From a virus, in the IMG/VR virus record IMGVR_UViG_3300035145_001165, positions 16,458-80,457 of that record: a stretch of 64,000 nucleotides of DNA. One strand, given 5' to 3'. Every line of letters starts with the position of its first letter. The first letter of the stretch is position 1. The notes beneath the pieces were generated by a model that made no database searches, was not told the DNA's origin, and saw only the letters and a program-made list of their open reading frames with translations. This document shows, one piece after another, positions 20,201-29,066 of this stretch. Both the position numbers and the translations under genes were made by a program.

Positions 20201-20416
20201 TGCATTATCAGCAGGCATCAAAACAGTTGCCCAAGGAAGGTACTGTGTCTCGGGCACAGGAATAAACTGACCTCCGTCGCCAGAACGGAATTCTTTATTG
20301 ATTAAACGTACACGTACACGACCAGATTCTTTCGGGTCCGCAATGTCTTCAATAAATCCCTTCTGTAATGCGAAGAGGTCACTTACATTAGCTACATTGT
20401 ATGAGGTATCTGACAT
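17219..20416 (-). CDS. gp5-like baseplate hub, N-terminal OB-fold part with Calx-beta/Ig-like domains
   Basis: GFIEDIADP..SGRVRVR...LPWATVLMP...LKRGDIVW...VIG OB-fold; Calx-beta YYTIDGTAKANEDY...F..GE.EKTI. Confidence 0.8.
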   Translation of the reverse strand: MSDTSYNVANVSDLFALQKGFIEDIADPKESGRVRVRLINKEFRSGDGGQFIPVPETQYLPWATVLMPADNAGGTGTSGSGHNLKRGDIVWASLINGDSKQRLVIGVQNAVAGSSKDNPATEYQALQRYLTQDAEAGDQPNPASHVTGDQPDKNPNLGSKQIGATGDEDESRQVSAISTPASNANQAGTFSVTVADGKCATDPGSKIENILGEFFATLQHTNGNIGSYYISKYTGGIFELQSIAQGYITRVQAVVSAAISRAFGELMNQIKKGIQALIKALLAPLPGVLKPVVDWFTQMLEKMGCTMENLIDRMSDFVEGILLGYIGDIVSFAACQAKRFVDAILGRVLSEMSGIINTVFGGLSSVLGAIGSAVDVVGGGLSSIMNLLGISCSGNAACKSGPKKKDSKEGGFEGLKAGYNDLDELLAALESGNHLPIDSYCADALTEPEHTTEVNVWGPQVPNSSGGGDTDSDGLDGDGVGTGDGTGAGTGTGIGFEDITNAICSARTIRVEDIPETGGVPEGSIAEIKVRRNGDTSTSNSFNYYTIDGTAKANEDYCPVSGFLGFGVGEVEKTIQVRTISDNVQEGNKYFFLKIKTDGCGDVPKDVGKIWILDNNILLGDPTVPNLDTGGGIGSASILDFDTPVYLLTADKTVVYEGQEVTFNLQTNNVEDGTTINYTIGRESTGITFADISYVVEDGKRSYVTGPADMGRQFTVIDNQASVTIALLDDGVVEDTNEVAEQIFVELNGLGVAAGCAVLDPVATGVLDPNAKSVSVAADKVAVEEGESVTFTVTTTNFQDGERLNYTLFGSQITQSDILEPLEGSVYIEGNKGELVVNVLEDSERELAENLSFTINDYAATATIVIRADVDQQPDIIFDGDDDDDDGLPVLDTPVIDDDGGIIDIAVLKSGRRYRARPFISIEDNARGFGAYIEPILNSEGYLTRVKVVRPGQGYAGKPKPTNVVCQLVGFAITNVGGLYTSAPTVYVNGDSSIAKATISDEGFVDGIVLVKGGQNYLELPEVIITGGGGFGAYAKPDLQCVPEEQSELILQGLARDPANYVDCP

Positions 20417-20643
20417 TAGTTATCGTGAATCTTACACTCTGGTGCGCCAGGTTCTTGATCGCAGTAGAGTTCGAGTGGTGAGGGATCGTGATGATCTCCT
20501 GCATCGATCTCTTCTTTATGATGCTCAACATACTCTTCTAGATCGTGCAGTTCACCTTCAATGTGGCGACGCTGCTGAGGAGAAGTCATAGGATTCTGAA
20601 GAATCTCTTTGTCCTTCTCGATATGCTGTTCGATAGAGTCCAT
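20416..20643 (-). CDS. cp12: CP12 Calvin-cycle regulator (auxiliary metabolic gene)
   Basis: C-terminal DPSPLELYCDQEPGAPECKIHDN signature. Confidence 0.95.
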   Translation of the reverse strand: MDSIEQHIEKDKEILQNPMTSPQQRRHIEGELHDLEEYVEHHKEEIDAGDHHDPSPLELYCDQEPGAPECKIHDN

Positions 20644-20646
20644 TTG

Positions 20647-20686
20647 AAAACCTAAGGGGACGATTTTTTGGCGGAGTTTTTTTTCC
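20647..20686. repeat. 40-bp imperfect direct repeat, copy 2
   Basis: Matches 16005-16044. Confidence 0.7.
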
Positions 20687-20706
20687 AGATATCTGGTATA
20701 TTTAGG

Positions 20707-20916
20707 TCAAATTTCGGTACGATTGACCACTTCCGTGACAGGTAATGCCTCGGGAGATTTCTCCAGTTCCATTTTAAGCCGTTCTAATTGAAGTGCAAGC
20801 TGTGCATACAATTTACTACGAATTGTAGTGTCTTCTTCGACTTCAATCTTTTCAAGAATCTGATACAGACTTTGTGTCAGATGCGTAGGGTATTGTTTTA
20901 AAAATTCCTTGTCCAT
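20707..20916 (-). CDS. Hypothetical protein
   Basis: Co-oriented, 1 nt from the upstream stop. Confidence 0.6.
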   Translation of the reverse strand: MDKEFLKQYPTHLTQSLYQILEKIEVEEDTTIRSKLYAQLALQLERLKMELEKSPEALPVTEVVNRTEI

Positions 20917-20917
20917 T

Positions 20918-22261
20918 TTAACAATTTTTGTTCATAGAATCTTTTACTAAAGTTGTTGCAGTAAAACATTCGCGTGGTGACATAGTATATCTATGCGCTA
21001 AGCGGAAGATTAAATAATCACCACCACGCCTGAGATCTTCATCGTCTGCTTCCTTTTCTGCATCAGGTTTTGAGGATTGAATGTGGAGTTTAATCTTGTC
21101 ACCAGCACGGAGTTCAGAGTTGCCTGGTACAACAACGTTGCTCACATTCATTGCCATTGTAGCACGGCGAGCGTTGTATTGACAAACAGTGTAGGGTTGC
21201 CAGTCAGGATACTCTGTATTAACTTCGCTACCGTCTCTACCTGTAGCATCAGATGCTGCTTCTTCTTCATTGAAGAATGCTTCGTTAGTGGTACTAAGTT
21301 TAAAAGTCCTGGTAGGTCTACCTTGAGACTGATCATAATCATCTAACCATTTCGTCAACCACTCAGGGAATGCACTTTTAGAACCGATGTGTGCCCAGTC
21401 ATCCCAGTGATCACTGAGTTTCCATTCTTCTTCTTTAAACTCCTGAGAATCTGTATTAGTAACAGCAATCACAGCACGGAAGACACCGTTGTCTGCTAAT
21501 GATTTGAGATCACCATCACGTTCGACAGTATAATTTTGAATGATCAAGTGCTCAGGAATTTTACCTGTGTTAGCAGGAGACTGATAGTATTCCCAGTCTG
21601 CTTCCTTACCACCATAATCATCTTCTTTGCCAGTAGATAGCAGATGATCAATAGATGCGAAAGTGTAACCATCTTTCGTACCCCACAAGAAATACCCACA
21701 GGTGTTTGCTTTCTGACCACTAGTAGGAATAGATTGAGTGCACACTCTGCGTGCCATCTTAGCAACAGAGATACCTTCGCCTCCGAATAGAAGTTTGTTG
21801 AATGGTTTATCACCACGCACCATAGGAGCTGTTGAGATACCAGAATCTTGGAAGACCGTAGCAAGAATCTGATCACCAGTTCCTACATATGTTTTCTCGC
21901 ACCTGAAGTTAGAGAATGCTTTGCTATCTGCACTGATCAGATTGATAGTAGCAATCTTACCCTTGAATGAAAGGAAAGGAGACTTAACGTCACCGACTAC
22001 AAACTTATACTCTTTTTCTTCGTCACTAGTCTGATCTGTCAGCAAAACAATTCTAAACTCTTCACCACCAGTGAGAGGGAGATCTTGTGCTGCTAAGTCT
22101 GTGACTGTAGCGACAGCAGTAGGACAAATTCTCTCCAGATCTTCGTAGTATGTAAAACTAGCGAGGTTATTGTTAAGAGTCAGGGTTTCACCTGTGTTCA
22201 AAGAAATCTCACACAGAATAAGTTTCCATCCAAGTTGTGCTTCGGAAGAGGGTTCTGCCAT
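20918..22261 (-). CDS. Baseplate hub protein (gp27 / late-control-D-like)
   Basis: FTYYEDL; YFLWGTKDGYTFASID; VPGNSELRAGDKI...GDYLI..LAH; position in the baseplate module. Confidence 0.7.
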   Translation of the reverse strand: MAEPSSEAQLGWKLILCEISLNTGETLTLNNNLASFTYYEDLERICPTAVATVTDLAAQDLPLTGGEEFRIVLLTDQTSDEEKEYKFVVGDVKSPFLSFKGKIATINLISADSKAFSNFRCEKTYVGTGDQILATVFQDSGISTAPMVRGDKPFNKLLFGGEGISVAKMARRVCTQSIPTSGQKANTCGYFLWGTKDGYTFASIDHLLSTGKEDDYGGKEADWEYYQSPANTGKIPEHLIIQNYTVERDGDLKSLADNGVFRAVIAVTNTDSQEFKEEEWKLSDHWDDWAHIGSKSAFPEWLTKWLDDYDQSQGRPTRTFKLSTTNEAFFNEEEAASDATGRDGSEVNTEYPDWQPYTVCQYNARRATMAMNVSNVVVPGNSELRAGDKIKLHIQSSKPDAEKEADDEDLRRGGDYLIFRLAHRYTMSPRECFTATTLVKDSMNKNC

Positions 22262-25200
22262 TAGAAATCAAGGTTGAAAATGTGACCGCCATCCTTGACG
22301 GGAGACATTGTGGGGAACAGTGCTACGTTGCCAGAGGCAGCAGTAGTACCACCATCAGCAGTAGCGGCACCCACAGGAGCGTTAGCAGCAGAAGTTAGTT
22401 TCTCCATCAGAGATGCCATCGGAGCGAAGGCAGCAGTTGCTGCTTCAGACATACGTTCTGGAACACCCTTCTCCTGCATAGAAGTTTGAGCTGATCTGAG
22501 TCTTCCCTCAAGACCTCTTAGTCTTCCAGTAACTCTCGAAGTCACAGAAGATGGTTGTGATGTGAACGCCGAGGAAGTAGAACTTAACATATCTGCTGAG
22601 TTGCTACTAAAGTTTGACTTACCAGAGAAGGGTGCCTTCCAATCGTATCCCATCTTGAGGGCGTCACCTCTAGTGCCAGGCATACTCTTAGGAGCTCCAA
22701 CATCAGTGGGACTAGTGGAAACTTCCCAGTGTAGGTGAGGACCACTAGATCTACCAGTGTTGCCAACATATCCAAGCAGATCTCCCTTCTTAATCTTCTG
22801 ACCTTCACGAACCTTAGCACGGTTCTGCATATGTGCCCAGAGGTGTGACCTTCCGTTGTCATCATTCCAGATCACGGTGTTACCGTAACCACCAAAGTAA
22901 CCAACACCACGGTTAGATTGAACAACACCATCAGAGAATGCTACCAGGGGTGTTCCTTCTGGTGCAGCAATATCAACACCCATATGGTTGTCTTCTTTCC
23001 TGCCATCACCATCCATATCACGCCAACCAAAGCGAGAAGTGACGACGATGTTATTCATTGCACCAGCGCCACCTTGACCACCCATACCACCTTGACCACC
23101 CATACCACCCATCATAGGAGTGCGACCAACGATACCTCTATCATCACCACTACCCGTTCCAGGTGGTGCTTGTGGAACTTCAGCGTTAGGAAGACTCAGA
23201 TCCATACCATCGACAAAAGAACTGAGGTTACCAATAACATCGCCACTGAAGACTTCCTCAGTACCCTTAACCATATTGCGGAGAGCATCACCACCCAACC
23301 AACTAGGAACATTGTCAATCAGTTTTTTAATGAATGACATTCCGTTTGCAACGAGACTGGCAACACCTTTGACAACAAAGGCGAACATATCAACCAAAGC
23401 TTTGTAGTACTTGGCAATGATCTGGATTATCGGTACCAACACTTTCATCAAAAGTTTAGCAAGAACACCAATAATTCTACCGATATTCTTCAGAGCACCA
23501 ATAAATCCGCCACCCTCACCAGACTCTCCACCGACACCGAAGACAGCAGCAAGTCCATCCATCGCGCTCACGATAGAACCACCAAGTTCTTTAAAGGATG
23601 TGATCACTGGACCGAAAGTCTTACCCCAGTCGAATGATTTAAATGTGTTCGCGAATCCTTCACCCAGGAACTTACCAACGTTCTCACCCAACCAGGAACC
23701 AACAGCAGCACCCAGTGCGATACCAACAGGACCACCAACAGCACCAAGGAAACCACCGATGACTGCACCTGAACCTGCACCGAGACCTGCGCCTGCTGAT
23801 CTACCAACGATCTTCGCTTTATCTTTCTGCAGACTACCATCAGCAAGACCAGCGTTGACTTGCTCTCGTGTCATATTATTCTCTTCCATCAAACGCTTTA
23901 TCTCTTCCTCGTTCGCTTCCATAGCACCGAAGCCAGCGGAGAGAAGAGAACCAATGACAGGAACTCTACCGACACCTTTACTCACTATACCACCAGTGCT
24001 CTTGAGTAAATCAGCGCCGCGCTGAGCAATACCAGCACCAGCACCGAGCACACCCTTACCACCTTTAAGAATTGCACTAGCACCACCAGCGAGTCCCTTG
24101 CCAGCACCTGCAAGAGCTTTGCCAAGGTTAAAGTTTAAGATACCACTCTTAGCAGCAGTTGCTAAGGTACCGACAAGACCCTTAGCACCCTTAGCAAGAT
24201 TTAAAATTTGTCCAGGCAATGCTTTGAAAATATTTGCCAGAGACTGTATTGATTTTACTTTTAATTTACCCAGGTTGGCTAACAGATCATTGAGGGCTTT
24301 ACCAGTTCTAATGTTTCTACCAGCACGGAAGAAACCACCCGCTTCATCTGCAAGACTACCAGCACCACGTGCCATATTTGGGAAGGGACGACCTGCGGTG
24401 CGGAGAACACTTGCATCCTGAGCACCAGTGATGCCCTGCATAAACAACGTACCCTGCTGCTTGATAGCACTAGCAGTGTTTACAAGTTTGCCTTTAGCAT
24501 TAGCACCACCACCGACAAGTCTTTGGAACCTAGAAGCAACACTCTTGGTAGGATCACCAGTACGTGCTGCTAATCTAGCATCAAATAAAATTTCATCAAG
24601 ACTATTCTTAAGACCTCCAACAGTAAAACCTTTGGTTTTTACTGGACTCTTTGCAACAGTATCCAACCCATCAGTGGCAGCATCGAATGCTCTACCAGCA
24701 CCTGCGCCAGCAGCGTTCCTAACAGTCTGTCTTATACCACCTTCTGCAGGATTTCGGAATCGCTTCGCAATGGCACCACGAACTGCTGCACCATCTTTAA
24801 GCTTGGACATCTTCTTAGATGTCGCAAGACCCATACCAATGTTACCAATGCCAAAGGCACTGAACCCCGCAATGGGGGTCATTAAATTCCTTAACTTATT
24901 ATACTCAATGGCAGCTCGCCTGCCAAAGTTTTGTAACTTAACGTCTGCTGTTTCTAAAGCATTAGCAAGACCTGCAACACCATCAGCAAGGACACCAAGG
25001 ATAGCATCCGACTGTGTTACAGCAAGAGTAAGAGCACCTGCGGCACCAGCAGCAAGCAGTGCCTTCTTTAACTTCTCAAAGTCCAGACCCTTCTTACTAC
25101 CACCTTTCTTTGCAAAGGGGTTAGAAATTCTGGGACCTGCCTTACGCTGCTTCTCAATTGCAGTTTCTTGGGCAGCGAACTTGCCCTTAGAAATCATCTT

Positions 25201-25383
25201 GTTTTCTAAGGCAAGACGAGAACGCTGAAGTTTAAGCGTCTGCGTCTGCAGATTTACCAGATCGTTAAGAAGAGCGTTAGTAACCATCTGCTGCTTCACA
25301 GAAGCAGCTTGGATTTTAACAAGATCAGTGTTAGCAGATCCCGTCAGCGGATTATTCTTATACTTACTGGTGTCTAATGCCAT
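22261..25383 (-). CDS. Tape-measure-like tail protein with M23 peptidase domain
   Basis: Ala/Gly-rich helical body; TSRFGWR...HMGVDI...GGYGN...YVGNTGRSSGPHLHWEV. Confidence 0.85.
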   Translation of the reverse strand: MALDTSKYKNNPLTGSANTDLVKIQAASVKQQMVTNALLNDLVNLQTQTLKLQRSRLALENKMISKGKFAAQETAIEKQRKAGPRISNPFAKKGGSKKGLDFEKLKKALLAAGAAGALTLAVTQSDAILGVLADGVAGLANALETADVKLQNFGRRAAIEYNKLRNLMTPIAGFSAFGIGNIGMGLATSKKMSKLKDGAAVRGAIAKRFRNPAEGGIRQTVRNAAGAGAGRAFDAATDGLDTVAKSPVKTKGFTVGGLKNSLDEILFDARLAARTGDPTKSVASRFQRLVGGGANAKGKLVNTASAIKQQGTLFMQGITGAQDASVLRTAGRPFPNMARGAGSLADEAGGFFRAGRNIRTGKALNDLLANLGKLKVKSIQSLANIFKALPGQILNLAKGAKGLVGTLATAAKSGILNFNLGKALAGAGKGLAGGASAILKGGKGVLGAGAGIAQRGADLLKSTGGIVSKGVGRVPVIGSLLSAGFGAMEANEEEIKRLMEENNMTREQVNAGLADGSLQKDKAKIVGRSAGAGLGAGSGAVIGGFLGAVGGPVGIALGAAVGSWLGENVGKFLGEGFANTFKSFDWGKTFGPVITSFKELGGSIVSAMDGLAAVFGVGGESGEGGGFIGALKNIGRIIGVLAKLLMKVLVPIIQIIAKYYKALVDMFAFVVKGVASLVANGMSFIKKLIDNVPSWLGGDALRNMVKGTEEVFSGDVIGNLSSFVDGMDLSLPNAEVPQAPPGTGSGDDRGIVGRTPMMGGMGGQGGMGGQGGAGAMNNIVVTSRFGWRDMDGDGRKEDNHMGVDIAAPEGTPLVAFSDGVVQSNRGVGYFGGYGNTVIWNDDNGRSHLWAHMQNRAKVREGQKIKKGDLLGYVGNTGRSSGPHLHWEVSTSPTDVGAPKSMPGTRGDALKMGYDWKAPFSGKSNFSSNSADMLSSTSSAFTSQPSSVTSRVTGRLRGLEGRLRSAQTSMQEKGVPERMSEAATAAFAPMASLMEKLTSAANAPVGAATADGGTTAASGNVALFPTMSPVKDGGHIFNLDF

Positions 25384-25571
25384 TACCTGTTAGCTTTTAG
25401 CTGTTGCTGCTGTAGCTTTTCTTCTTCCAGGTGCGCCAGCAGGAGAGCGATGTAAACATCTCTTTCCCAAGGCATCATCCCTTCGATCTCTGCTAGGTTA
25501 TATTTATGGTGCTGCATCAAAGAGAAGTTTGTCCTAAAATAGTTTTCAAGACTATTGTAAGACATACTCAC
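25383..25571 (-). CDS. gp51: Baseplate hub assembly catalyst
   Basis: NFSLMQHHKY...IE.MMPWERDVY. Confidence 0.9.
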   Translation of the reverse strand: MSMSYNSLENYFRTNFSLMQHHKYNLAEIEGMMPWERDVYIALLLAHLEEEKLQQQQLKANR

Positions 25572-26281
25572 CCGAAAAAAGATGCAAGACCCTCCAGTGT
25601 ATACTCACACTCTGCTTTAGTATTAGGATTAATAACCGAGAAGGTGTGGGTAAGTTTAGGCATATTGCTGAAGAATTCCTGAACAGATTCAAACTGTTTA
25701 GAAGTCAGACTCTCCAAGAAACCAACCAATTCTTTTCTAGAAGAATTTGCTGCTTCATATACATCTTCACCATCAATAATCTGATCGATGCAGTCAGCGA
25801 TGAGTTCAAATACTTGGTCAGGACTCTGCTCCTGTTGAGCAAAGTTATTCTTGATGAATTGATCCAGAGAAGGATACTTCATCTTCACAGTGATGTCATC
25901 ATTGATATACACAGAGTCGCTGTGGTCATCAGGTTTGACAACTTTAATTTCATTCAGATCGATTGCAACATCAACCTGCGTTTCGTTGTCATCAGTGCAA
26001 GTAACTTTAAGTTCCAGTTCTTCGCCAACTGACTTAGAACGAATCATAAGAAACAGATATTCGAGATCGAACATCGCAAGTTTCTCAACTTTTAGTCTAC
26101 TAACAATACAACCCTTAAGAAGATCAACAATAGCTTGTTGAATTTGTTGTTCATCTTCTGATTCCATTGCTACGAGAAGAACTTTTTCTTCCTTAACTAG
26201 GAAGGGTCGGTACTTAATCGTTTGTCCAGTAGAAGGAAGCTCACACTGGTAAGTGGGCACCTCAAGCTTTGGTAAAGGCAT
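25568..26281 (-). CDS. gp26: Baseplate hub subunit
   Basis: MPLPKL..PTY...LPSTG..IKYRPFLVKEEK...LEGLASFF. Confidence 0.95.
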   Translation of the reverse strand: MPLPKLEVPTYQCELPSTGQTIKYRPFLVKEEKVLLVAMESEDEQQIQQAIVDLLKGCIVSRLKVEKLAMFDLEYLFLMIRSKSVGEELELKVTCTDDNETQVDVAIDLNEIKVVKPDDHSDSVYINDDITVKMKYPSLDQFIKNNFAQQEQSPDQVFELIADCIDQIIDGEDVYEAANSSRKELVGFLESLTSKQFESVQEFFSNMPKLTHTFSVINPNTKAECEYTLEGLASFFG

Positions 26282-26315
26282 AGTGAGTTCAGTTCAATAC
26301 TATTATTTAGAGCGG

Positions 26316-27083
26316 TTAGTTAAAGAGGTTCCCCATATCATTTGTGAACGAACTGAATGCTCGCCCAACGTTTCCTATCGCACTGCTAAGTGATGCTGGA
26401 TTAGATGTGCGGATGTTATTTGATTTACTTTTTAAATTCTTACGGGCGTCTTCAAACTGTACTTCAAATCTTTCGTAGTACAAATTGACAGTACACTTCA
26501 TTAGTGTAGCAGCACCTGCGTCTAGTGGAACAGCATCAATAGCATAAGGATAGCATTCTGTAAAGAAGTATCTTAAACTTCTACCTTGCTCAGAGTATCT
26601 CTTGCCAGGTTCAAACTTATCAACTGCAATAGTTGTCTGATAACTATCAGGATAAGATAGTCTAGTAAATCTATTGCGATTCCTCTGAGGAATAGAAGAC
26701 ATCTCATCAGGGATGACTTGTGTCTGTCCGAACTGAGATTTCTCTTGGAAGATTTTATCGAACCAAGCGTGGAAAACTTTCAACGCTGTCATATTACCAT
26801 CACAAATAAATGACAGTGACAGATCGTTGTACATCTTCATCGTCGGATACTTCATACTGTGACCAGTATAATATCCATTGACCTGAGAGGTCGCTGCTTG
26901 CACACTAGGAAGTGCTACGTTATCACAGAAGATCTCTAGCGTCCTCTGATCAGGAACGTTGCTACCAAAACCTTCCAGTCCCAAACGATCTAGGGACGGG
27001 ATAACAACACGAAAAGAATTGGACTTTGCAATCCCTCCACCGCGTGCTATCTGTTCCTGTACTTTTTGGTATAGATTCGCCAT
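26316..27083 (-). CDS. Tail tube initiator / tube-fold protein (gp54-like)
   Basis: GGIAKSNSFRV, FCDNVALP, LSFICD, ECYP. Confidence 0.7.
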   Translation of the reverse strand: MANLYQKVQEQIARGGGIAKSNSFRVVIPSLDRLGLEGFGSNVPDQRTLEIFCDNVALPSVQAATSQVNGYYTGHSMKYPTMKMYNDLSLSFICDGNMTALKVFHAWFDKIFQEKSQFGQTQVIPDEMSSIPQRNRNRFTRLSYPDSYQTTIAVDKFEPGKRYSEQGRSLRYFFTECYPYAIDAVPLDAGAATLMKCTVNLYYERFEVQFEDARKNLKSKSNNIRTSNPASLSSAIGNVGRAFSSFTNDMGNLFN

Positions 27084-27084
27084 C

Positions 27085-27115
27085 TAAATAGGCTGGAAGG
27101 ATACGTTTTATTTAT
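27085..27115. promoter_or_regulatory. Face-to-face late promoters (TAAATA on each strand)
   Basis: TAAATA on + at 27085-27090 and ATAAATA on - at 27109-27115, in the 30-bp gap between divergent genes. Confidence 0.6.
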
Positions 27116-27554
27116 GGCGTACTCGGGGCAGTACAAACCAGTGAACTACCAAAAGTATAAAGGCAATCCCAGTAGGATCTTTTACAGATCATCCTGGGAA
27201 CTTATGTTTATGAAGTACTGTGATCGTGAAGCTAATGTAATCGAGTGGGGTAGCGAAGAGATCATTATACCATATCGTTGTCCCACTGACGGTAGAGTAC
27301 ATAGATATTATCCCGATTTCTATTTGAAAGTGAGGGACAAAGATGGTTCTCTCAAAAAATATATTGTCGAAGTAAAACCTAAGAAGCAGACCAAACCTCC
27401 TGCTCAACCCAAGCGTAAAACTAAAAAGTTTATGCAAGAGACGTTTACCTTTATGAAGAACACTGCCAAGTGGAAGGCAGCGAAAAACTACTGTGATGAT
27501 AGAAGAATGGAGTTTCTAATTCTCACGGAGGATCATCTTGGAATCAGTCTTTGA
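27114..27554 (+). CDS. gp4: Head completion nuclease
   Basis: KYKGNP..IFYRSSWE...WGSEE..IPY...HRYYPDF...EVKP. Confidence 0.95.
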   Translation: MAYSGQYKPVNYQKYKGNPSRIFYRSSWELMFMKYCDREANVIEWGSEEIIIPYRCPTDGRVHRYYPDFYLKVRDKDGSLKKYIVEVKPKKQTKPPAQPKRKTKKFMQETFTFMKNTAKWKAAKNYCDDRRMEFLILTEDHLGISL

Positions 27555-28134
27555 AAAATTAGAGAAAGCGCAGGACGGTAAAGATAGATCTGCATCCTGG
27601 TGGCGTTCAGCATCCAAGAATGCAATGCGCAGTGCGTTAGCAGATGGCACCAAGGAAGCTGTTCTTCTCAATGAGGTCGGCAACGATGATGATCTCAATC
27701 AAGTTAGAAGAACACCTAGGGAGGGTACCATAGTCTTATTTGAATACGATGCCAAGACTACGAAGCAGAAACTAGCTTACTACGATCAGTTACCACTGGT
27801 AGTAGTTCTGGAAGTAAAGACAGATCATTTCTGGGGAGCGAACCTACATTATATCAGTCCGAAGAAGAGAATAAAAACTCTTAGCGCACTCCTCAGCAAT
27901 AAGATAGATGTACCTCGGAACATCATCCATAAATATAAAAAAAGTGATGTGAAAAACGCCAATCTTTTTATTGAGATTGACGAAAATGATTGGGACTCAG
28001 CGATCCATCTACCACTAGAGCAATTTGTTTCTGCTGTTGGTAAGATAGAAGTACCTGTTCTCTCCAAAAAAGTCTGGTTAAAGTATGATGCCCTTGCAAA
28101 ATATAGGTTCAGAGCGAAACGCAAAGTGTCCTAA
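27538..28134 (+). CDS. gp2: DNA end protector
   Basis: FEYDAK...YYDQLPLV...GANLHY...LPLEQF. Confidence 0.85.
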   Translation: MESVFEKLEKAQDGKDRSASWWRSASKNAMRSALADGTKEAVLLNEVGNDDDLNQVRRTPREGTIVLFEYDAKTTKQKLAYYDQLPLVVVLEVKTDHFWGANLHYISPKKRIKTLSALLSNKIDVPRNIIHKYKKSDVKNANLFIEIDENDWDSAIHLPLEQFVSAVGKIEVPVLSKKVWLKYDALAKYRFRAKRKVS

Positions 28135-29066
28135 TGGCAATTCTCGACGCACTTACAAGTAAATCATCGTTAAGGTTTCCTGCTGATAAGGTAGAGGACT
28201 TTGATGACTATATGATGTTCACTGTGTATGAATATCAACCTCCTTTCCGTAAAGCAAAGTGCATCGGTGAAGCAGGTGGTAGTCTTTATGGTGGTAGATA
28301 CGCTGACTATGATGTAACTGGTTTTGGTGGTGGCGAACTATCGCAGTCATCATACAAGAATATGATTCTCTATATGCCTGAGGACATCAGGGATAGTCAC
28401 TCTAGAGCGTGGGGTGATGTTCGTATGGGTAACCTTGAGCGTGCTGGTCTACGTATGGCTGGTTCCGCAATCGATGCTGCACCAGATATATTAACTCAAG
28501 GTGCTGGAGGTATATCAAATACCTTAAAGGGTATGATGCCTGGCAATCCTAGAGAGCAAGGCAAAGCATTAGCAAAGTCACTAGCAATTAATGCTGGTGC
28601 ATCGATGACTGGTCTGCAAGCTAACGCAGTTGCTGGTGGTCTTACAGGTACGATTCTCAATCCAAACATAGAAGTTATGTTTGATGGTGTTGGTATGAGA
28701 ACGTTCCAATTCAATTGGAGTTTAGTACCACGCAACGCTAGAGAATCTAAGATCATTCAAGAAATGATCTGGCAATTTAAAAAGTCATCTGCACCTTCGA
28801 TGGAAGCAGATGGTTGGTTTATGAAAGTCCCCTATGTATATAAAATCCAGTACAAGCAGGGTTCTAAGGACAATCACTGGTTAAATAAGATGAAGGCGTG
28901 CGCCTTACAAAACATCTCTGTTAGTTATACAGGAGCAGGTTCTTATTCCACAATGGAAGATGGTGCTCCCACCTCTGTGCAAATGTCACTATCGTTCAAA
29001 GAACTCAAGATGGTGATCTCCAATGACTTCGGTGACAAATTCAAGTACGGAACACAATACTACTGA
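28134..29066 (+). CDS. gp48: Baseplate tail tube cap
   Basis: LYMP; NPNIEVMF.G...RTFQF.W.LVPRN..ES; LSFKE. Confidence 0.85.
   Translation: MAILDALTSKSSLRFPADKVEDFDDYMMFTVYEYQPPFRKAKCIGEAGGSLYGGRYADYDVTGFGGGELSQSSYKNMILYMPEDIRDSHSRAWGDVRMGNLERAGLRMAGSAIDAAPDILTQGAGGISNTLKGMMPGNPREQGKALAKSLAINAGASMTGLQANAVAGGLTGTILNPNIEVMFDGVGMRTFQFNWSLVPRNARESKIIQEMIWQFKKSSAPSMEADGWFMKVPYVYKIQYKQGSKDNHWLNKMKACALQNISVSYTGAGSYSTMEDGAPTSVQMSLSFKELKMVISNDFGDKFKYGTQYY

Noticed and set aside
23066-23112. Tandem 18-bp repeat
   Set aside because: Encodes a GMGGQG linker within the CDS.
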